From positions 1,056,001-1,120,000 of the forward strand of contig CAVXKA010000001.1 of the NCBI GenBank assembly GCA_963762255.1: a stretch of 64,000 nucleotides of DNA. Reading direction: 5' to 3'. The notes beneath the pieces are model-generated. The model did not search any database. It had not been told where the DNA came from and saw only the letters and a program-made list of their open reading frames with translations. The translations under genes were made by a program, and so were the position numbers. The stretch is from Candidatus Eiseniibacteriota bacterium. Its GTDB lineage: Bacteria > Eisenbacteria > RBG-16-71-46 > JABDJR01. This document shows, piece after piece, positions 58,042-64,000 of the stretch; the first letter of the stretch is position 1, and each line of letters starts with the position of its first letter.

Positions 58042-58080
58042 GGCGTTCCTCATTCCTTGCCCCTTCCGGAACAGTGCTAT

Positions 58081-59164
58081 CTACACATGCTCACCCGGGT
58101 GAGCACTCGCAATCGCTCCGCGCACCATCTCCGCGACCGCCTCCACCCACATCGGGTGCGCGTTGAGCGACGGCACGAGGTGGAATGCCTCGCCCCCCGC
58201 CGCGAGGAACGTGTCCTTGCCGCGCAGACCGATCTCCTCCAGCGTTTCCAGGCAGTCGGCCACGAACGCGGGGCAGAGCACTGCAAGCCGCTTCACCCCG
58301 CGCTTGGGCAGTTCGCGCAGCGCGACGTCGGTGTAGGGCTTGATCCACGGCACCCGGCCGAGTCGCGACTGGAACGTCACCTGGTATTGATCAGGGGAGA
58401 GTCCCAACTCCTCGGCCAAGAGCCGCGACGTGGCGAAGCACTGCGCGCGATAGCAGCGGCGGTTCACGGTCGCGAGCGCGTCGCAGCATCCGTCCCCGCG
58501 CAGACAGTGCGCGCCGCTCTCGTCACCCTTGCGCACCTGCGATTCGGGAAGGCCGTGGTAGCTCATGAGCACGAAGTCGGGATGGAATTCGTGCAGCACC
58601 GGTCGTACCCACCGCGCCGAACGCGCGAATGAAACTGGGCTGATCGAAGAAGGGGGGCACGGTCACGAGGTCGGGCACGTTCCAGAGATCGCCGACCTCG
58701 GCGAACACCTTCTCCAGCGTGGAGCCGCCGGTGGCGGACGCATACTGCGGATAGAGCGGGAGCACCACGATGCGATCCACCGCCTGCGCGTGCAGCTTCG
58801 CGAGCCCCTCCGCGATGGACGGCGTGCCGTAGCGCATGGCCAGCTCGACCGGCATGTCCGGCCCCAGCCGCGCTTGCACGCCGCGCGTCAACTCGCGGCC
58901 GTACACGAGCAGCGGCGACCCGTCGTCCGTCCAGATCTTGCGGTACGCCTCGGCGGACTTGGCCGGCCGGAAGGGGAGGATGATGAGATTGAGCAACGCT
59001 GCTCGACCCAGCGCCGGCATGTCGAGCACGCGCGGATCGGAGAGGAACTCGCGCAGGTAGCGGCGCACCTCGGGCGTACGCGGCGCGTCCGGCGTGCCGA
59101 GGTTCACGAGCAGCGCGCCGGTCTTGGTCGAGCGATGCGAAGCGGCCGGGTCAGGTGCGTTCAT
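58081..59164 (-). CDS. hemH: Ferrochelatase; one-base frameshift at about 58606-58625
   Basis: LLVNLGTP, YLREFLSD, AMRYG, PLYPQY in 58523..59164; SYHGLP, FQSRLG, DCLETLEE in 58081..58599. Confidence 0.93.
58087..58106. repeat. Dispersed palindrome, copy 3 (ATGCTCACCCGGGTGAGCAC)
   Basis: 19/20 match; lies in the last codons of hemH, about 45 bp upstream of the amidase start. Confidence 0.75.
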
Positions 59165-59316
59165 GAGAGCCCAAGCCTACGGGGGCGCGGCGCCGGCATC
59201 AATCCCCCCTGCGCGACCGTGCTAGGATACGACCGGCTTTGGGAATGCGGGCCTCGCCGAGGCCCTCCGCGCGTCTCGTCCCTCGATCGACGTGCCCACC
59301 GAACCTGGAGATCGAT

Positions 59317-59886
59317 ATGCACAGGATCCCGCTGTCCCGGATTGCTCGCACCGCGCTCTTCGCGCTCCTCGCGATTGCGCTTGTGGCGTGCGGCGGGGGC
59401 GGCGAGAGCAAGAGTACGCCCCCACGCGCGGCGAACCCGCCGCCGCCGGCGCCCCTCGAGCGCAATCAGCCGTTCCCCGACGTCACCGTGACCGGTCTCG
59501 ACAGCGTGAAGGTGAGCACGGCCGATCTCGTGAAGGGCCACGAGACCATCGTGCTCTTCATCTCAACCGCCTGCGAAACCTGCGCCGACCTCCTGAAGGT
59601 CTGGAACAGGCGCTCGAACGTCATCCCGGAGGACATCAAGGTCGTCCTGATCGTGGACGAGGACGTCGACTACGCGGCGAACTACGCGATGAAGAGCGGG
59701 ATCCGACTTCCGCTCTACTGCGACACGCGAAGCGTCTTCGCCCGGCAGCACAAAATGGAGATCTACCCCACTGCGGTGATGGTGCGCCCTGACGGCACCA
59801 TGTCGTTCGTGCGACGCGGCGTGACCCCGCTCTTCACCCCCGATCGCGCGATCATGATGCTGCGGCGGGCAGACCGGGAGGATTGA
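59317..59886 (+). CDS. Redoxin/TlpA-like thioredoxin-fold lipoprotein
   Basis: Lipobox LVAC; CETC motif; YPT cis-Pro; RPDG. Confidence 0.82.
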   Translation: MHRIPLSRIARTALFALLAIALVACGGGGESKSTPPRAANPPPPAPLERNQPFPDVTVTGLDSVKVSTADLVKGHETIVLFISTACETCADLLKVWNRRSNVIPEDIKVVLIVDEDVDYAANYAMKSGIRLPLYCDTRSVFARQHKMEIYPTAVMVRPDGTMSFVRRGVTPLFTPDRAIMMLRRADRED

Positions 59887-59890
59887 CGCA

Positions 59891-60550
59891 ATGGGACGTC
59901 TCGACGGACAGATCGCGGTCTTGACCGGCACGAGCAGGGGCCTCGGGAAGGCACTCGCCGAGGCGTTCCTCGCGGACGGCGCCACAGTGATCGGCGCGTC
60001 CCGGCACGCGGGCGTGGACGTGAGCGATCCGGCGATGGTGCGGCGGTGGATCGCCGAGGTCGCCCGCGATCACGACAGGATCGATATCCTCGTCAACAAT
60101 GCGGGCATCCTCACGCCGCGCAAGCCCCTCGTCGCGGTCACCGACGAGGAATGGAGCCAGTCCATCTCGGTCAACCTGAGCGCCGTGTTCTACTGCATGC
60201 GCGAGGCGCTGCGGTGGATGATCCCGAGGGGAAGCGGGCTCATCATCAACGTCTCCTCCGGGGTGGCGGGCCGCGCCGCTCCGCAGTGGGGCGCCTACGC
60301 GGCGGCCAAGTGGGGCGTGGAAGGGCTGACCAAGCTCGCCGCCGAGGAGATGCGTAGTCAGGGGATCAAGGTCGTCTCGATCAACCCCGGCCGCACCCGC
60401 ACCGGCATGCGCGCCACGGCCTACCCCGAAGAGGACCCGGCGACGGTGAAGACCCCCGAGGAAGCGGCGCGGTTCTTCGTGGCGGTGGCGGCGGGGGAAG
60501 TGCCGTTCACGACGGGGGACTCGCTGGAATACCGCGAGTCCCCGTCCTGA
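59891..60550 (+). CDS. SDR family oxidoreductase
   Basis: TGTSRGLG, NNAG, YAAAK, NPGRTRT. Confidence 0.93.
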   Translation: MGRLDGQIAVLTGTSRGLGKALAEAFLADGATVIGASRHAGVDVSDPAMVRRWIAEVARDHDRIDILVNNAGILTPRKPLVAVTDEEWSQSISVNLSAVFYCMREALRWMIPRGSGLIINVSSGVAGRAAPQWGAYAAAKWGVEGLTKLAAEEMRSQGIKVVSINPGRTRTGMRATAYPEEDPATVKTPEEAARFFVAVAAGEVPFTTGDSLEYRESPS

Positions 60551-60580
60551 AGCCGGCGAAGGTCCGCGACCCGGTCGAGA

Positions 60581-61678
60581 TCAGTTCATGGCCAGGCTGC
60601 TGAGGGCGGAGAGGCGCGCCGTGGCCACCTCGTTGGCCGGGTCCATCTTCTGGACCTCCTGCCACTTCGCGGTTGCGGCGGCGTAGTTCCCCTTGTCTTC
60701 GAGTTCGAGCGCCTCGGCGGTGAGGAACTTCGCCTCCACATAACCCTCCCGCTTCGAGATGCTTTTCTCCATCGAGGCGAAGCGGCGCTGCACACCCTTG
60801 GTGATCGAAGTCGCTTGCCCGTTCGCGCTCAACACCTGGTCGATCCCCTCGGCGAGGGCCTCCACGAGTTCGCGCTCCAGGGCCAGGAATTTCTCCGGAT
60901 TCCCCGCGAATTCGCCGGTCACCTGCTTGGTCAGGAGCACTTCGCCGGTGGAGGTGCGGACCACGCGGGCGTCGATCCGGACCTTCTTGGCGGAGAGGAT
61001 CATGTACTGCCCGAAGATGAAGGTCTGCGCCCCGAGGAGTTTCCCCGCCGCCACCGCTTGTTTCGGGTCGGCGAACGAGGACTGGGAGAGCTGGATCTCC
61101 TCGAGGATCTTCCCCGTGCGCTGCCGATCCACGATCTTGAGATCGGTCGCTTCGGCGAGGTCGGCGGTCACGGTATGGACGAGGGCGTTCTTGAAGAGCG
61201 AGAAATCGAAGTCCTTGAACTTGCCTGTGAACACCGAGTTGTCCTCGAAGTCGCCGATGGCGATGGTGCGGGCGTCCACGGGTCCTTCCCCACCGGCCAG
61301 CACGCTGTCACGAACCACGTTGTAGATCTCGATGACCGGCGGAGGGTAGTTGTACTCGGGAGAGAAACGCGCGGTCGGGTCTGCTTGGAGCATTCCCGCC
61401 ACCGAGCCCTTGGCCTCGGGTTGGCGCCGCTGGGCCACGTAGGTGCAGGTCTGGCACTTGTATACGTCCACCTTTTCAGTGACGGACGGGTTGGCGGCCA
61501 GGATCTTCGCCGCCAGGGCCAGAGCCTGCTCGTACTCCTGATCGTGGTAGGCGCTGCACACAGCGCCGGGTTCGGCGGCGAACGAATCCATGGGGATCGC
61601 CGCCGCGACGGCTGCGCCCGCGAACACCACGATCAGGCTCCTGCGAAGAACTCGGGCGAGGACGGGATGCGCGTTCAT
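60581..61678 (-). CDS. Secreted TPR + CsgG/FlgO-like domain protein
   Basis: Signal peptide; IAIGDF, IVDRQR...EIQL, GKLLGA, RIDARVVRTSTGEV; terminal TPR. Confidence 0.8.
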   Translation of the reverse strand: MNAHPVLARVLRRSLIVVFAGAAVAAAIPMDSFAAEPGAVCSAYHDQEYEQALALAAKILAANPSVTEKVDVYKCQTCTYVAQRRQPEAKGSVAGMLQADPTARFSPEYNYPPPVIEIYNVVRDSVLAGGEGPVDARTIAIGDFEDNSVFTGKFKDFDFSLFKNALVHTVTADLAEATDLKIVDRQRTGKILEEIQLSQSSFADPKQAVAAGKLLGAQTFIFGQYMILSAKKVRIDARVVRTSTGEVLLTKQVTGEFAGNPEKFLALERELVEALAEGIDQVLSANGQATSITKGVQRRFASMEKSISKREGYVEAKFLTAEALELEDKGNYAAATAKWQEVQKMDPANEVATARLSALSSLAMN

Positions 61679-61733
61679 GGGGTACCTCCCGATGGTGGGC
61701 CGACGCCTGGGGGGGACGACCGACCCGGACCTG

Positions 61734-62891
61734 CTAGCGCCCGGCACGGGGATCGTTGCGGGCTGCGATCTTCCTCGATTCGTAGTTCAGGATCAGCACG
61801 TTGTTGGCGTCGCCGGATTTGACCTGGTACTGCAGCACGAGGTCGACCCCGGCGGTCTCGTTCTTCAAGCGGAACCGGTGGGTTCCCGCGCCCAGCGTTA
61901 TCTTGAAATTGCCGGTGAGATTCCGGTTGATGCCGTCATCGTCCACATAAACCTCTGTAAAGCCGGGTGACGTGCTCACGCTGTAGGTGTGCCTGGTGTC
62001 GGGCGAGGTGTGTGTCGTCTCGACGGCGGGACGCTCCGGCGGCTTGGAAGGAGGCGTGGAAACTCGGCTCCCGCCTCCCGATGATTCGACCGGGGTCGCG
62101 GCCAGCATCCCGGCATCAGCCACGCCGGCCCGTCCCGGCTCCAGGCGCAGGCGGGTCTCCCACGGCTGGTAGCCGGATCGGGTGATCCGCACCGCATAGG
62201 TTCCCGCCGCGAGACCCGAGAAATCCGCGGGCGTCGACTTGCCGGTGGACTTGCCGTTGAGGCTGATCCGCGCGCCGGGAGGGTCGGACAAGACCTGCAA
62301 CGACGCGGTCGTGACCTCCGCGCGCGTCAGTTCCTGACGATAGTCGTTCGCCCCGGGCGTGAGATAGAGGTCGACCCGGTGGGCGTTCCATCCGTCGAGG
62401 CGCAGCTCGAGCGTGACCGGGCCGGGGGCCAGGGAGTCGAGCGATGCGGGAGTGGTGCCTCGGGGGGCGCCGTCGAGCAGAAGCTGGGCCCCCGCGGGGA
62501 CCGAATCCACGCGGAGGGTCGTCGTGCTGTCGGCCGTGCCGCCGACGTTGGCCTCAACCCGGAAGAGCCGATAGCCGCGCTTCAACGCGTCGCGATCGAT
62601 CGTGTACGGGTTGTCGAAGACGAGCTGCCCCGAAGGTTCGGATTCGACCGCGGCCAACCGGACCTGAACGCCTTCGGCTTCCACGGCCGGTCGAATCGTC
62701 GCGCGGCCGTCGGCGCCGGTCACCCCGAGCCGCGTGTCCTTGCCCACCTGGCGGATCTCGATGCCGGGGATGGGGTGGTTCTCACCGTCACGCACGTCCA
62801 CGGTGACATCGCTCGATTTGCCGCACCCCGGAACGGCGAGCGCGGCAAGGAAGCAAAGTCCCAGAAGAATGACGAGGCGGGGTCGGGACAT
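61734..62891 (-). CDS. PEGA-domain lipoprotein
   Basis: Lipobox VPGC; two PEGA repeats (VDSVPAGAQLLLDG..RGTTP; LSDPPGARISLNG...GKSTP). Confidence 0.85.
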   Translation of the reverse strand: MSRPRLVILLGLCFLAALAVPGCGKSSDVTVDVRDGENHPIPGIEIRQVGKDTRLGVTGADGRATIRPAVEAEGVQVRLAAVESEPSGQLVFDNPYTIDRDALKRGYRLFRVEANVGGTADSTTTLRVDSVPAGAQLLLDGAPRGTTPASLDSLAPGPVTLELRLDGWNAHRVDLYLTPGANDYRQELTRAEVTTASLQVLSDPPGARISLNGKSTGKSTPADFSGLAAGTYAVRITRSGYQPWETRLRLEPGRAGVADAGMLAATPVESSGGGSRVSTPPSKPPERPAVETTHTSPDTRHTYSVSTSPGFTEVYVDDDGINRNLTGNFKITLGAGTHRFRLKNETAGVDLVLQYQVKSGDANNVLILNYESRKIAARNDPRAGR

Positions 62892-62964
62892 CGAGTTCAA
62901 CGTTCTCTCCCGGGGAGCGGGTAGGGGGTCCGGGCCGCGATTCTCCTGAGCGGAGCCGGCGCTG

Positions 62965-63972
62965 TCAACGGCCCCCCTCCACGGCGGCGAGGCCGATCTC
63001 GGCCCTCGCAGCGCGCGTGAGATCCGGCAGCGGCGGGGCCCGCCGCGCCGAATCGGTGTCGAAGTGGAACTGGAACTGACCGCTGCCGGGCACGTTCAGA
63101 GCCTCGTGCGGCCACTCCTCGATGCGCAGCGTGGATCCGGCCTCCACTCGGTAGGCGCCGCCCTCCGCGGGGCGGACGAGCGAGGTCAGGGTCACCCGCG
63201 CTCCGGGCGCGACGGGGAGGGTGAACGCCTCTCCAAGCACGAGCGGGGGTGTCGTGACGAGGCGCGCGCCGTCGGCCCCGTTCACGGTGACGACCAGCGC
63301 GTGGTCGGGGGGAGTCTGAAAAAGCGTTGCCACCACCTTGTCCGACGTTCCCTCTCCGGCCTCACGGTACGGCCGGAGCGCCTCCACCACCTCCGTGTAC
63401 ACCAGGGTGCCGCGGTGCCAGGGAGTCTGCGGCGCGAGGATCGCCGAGTTCACCGCCGCCACCTCGGTCGCCCCCGCAAGAAGCCGGGCGGGGAGGCCGC
63501 GACGGTTGAGCGCATCGCGCCCCTGGAGGTAGATCGTGGCCAGGCTCTTGAGGTCCGTCTCCCCGGCGCGAAGTTGCGTGGCGGCTCGATCGAGCCGGCC
63601 GGGGAGGGTCGGATAGAGCGACACCCACCAGGAGCCATCGAGACTTCCGGCCAGGCGATCGGCGGTCTCCGAGAGCGGCGTCCCGGGCGCCGTCCGCGCG
63701 AACTCGGATACCGCTCGTCGCGCGCCCAGCGATGCCATGATCCCGACGCCGAGCACCACGAGGGCCAGGAGCGTCACGCCCATCGCCGCGGCGCGGGGGA
63801 GGGCATCGCTGCGGCCGGGGGACGCGACGGAGACCGCGCCGGGCTCAGCCCCCGGCTCGGGGACGGGCAGGGACTCCGGTCGAGCCAGGCCCCAGAGCAG
63901 GATGCCGAGGCTGCGTGTGAGCAGGGCGATCGGTCCGATGCGGTCGGTTCGGGGGACGGTGCCGGCGCTCAT
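62965..63972 (-). CDS. Hypothetical membrane protein
   Basis: 335-aa ORF with a TM helix and GC3-biased codons, co-oriented with the PEGA and CsgG-like genes. Confidence 0.6.
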   Translation of the reverse strand: MSAGTVPRTDRIGPIALLTRSLGILLWGLARPESLPVPEPGAEPGAVSVASPGRSDALPRAAAMGVTLLALVVLGVGIMASLGARRAVSEFARTAPGTPLSETADRLAGSLDGSWWVSLYPTLPGRLDRAATQLRAGETDLKSLATIYLQGRDALNRRGLPARLLAGATEVAAVNSAILAPQTPWHRGTLVYTEVVEALRPYREAGEGTSDKVVATLFQTPPDHALVVTVNGADGARLVTTPPLVLGEAFTLPVAPGARVTLTSLVRPAEGGAYRVEAGSTLRIEEWPHEALNVPGSGQFQFHFDTDSARRAPPLPDLTRAARAEIGLAAVEGGR

Positions 63973-64000
63973 CGCGAGGCGCCCGCGTCGGGGGTGAGCG

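Overview
High-GC bacterial chromosomal window, probably from an uncultured diderm lineage (TolC, TonB, outer-membrane barrel and lipoprotein genes); taxonomy cannot be fixed from this sequence. Most of it is envelope, transport and housekeeping genes: an RND pump with a divergent ECF sigma/anti-sigma, terC-anmK-spoIID-nagZ, tRNA-Asp, a sigma-54 MacAB-TolC/two-component operon, blaI-blaR1/TonB, class I fumarase, transketolase, hslO, a Fur-family metal operon, agmatinase, ald, a CoA-transferase, senB, an amidase and hemH. The best candidate for an undescribed system is a visibly lower-GC, tightly coupled minus-strand operon at about 33.8-38.4 kb: radical SAM, TIR-TPR, histidine phosphatase/SAM-methyltransferase fusion, stand-alone TIR. 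It may be a defence or nucleotide-signalling system (inference). Other notable items: a bacterial DPY19-like (Trp C-mannosyltransferase-like) GT-C fused to TPRs, a Bd0055/HBb-type bacterial histone, two integron cassettes with attC sites (one with a non-canonical GTC/GAC core) and no integrase in the window, a 20-bp palindrome at three dispersed sites, and an internally deleted NCS2 permease relic. Four single-base frameshifts in otherwise intact genes look like sequencing or assembly indels. All family calls are by eye from motifs; no searches were run.
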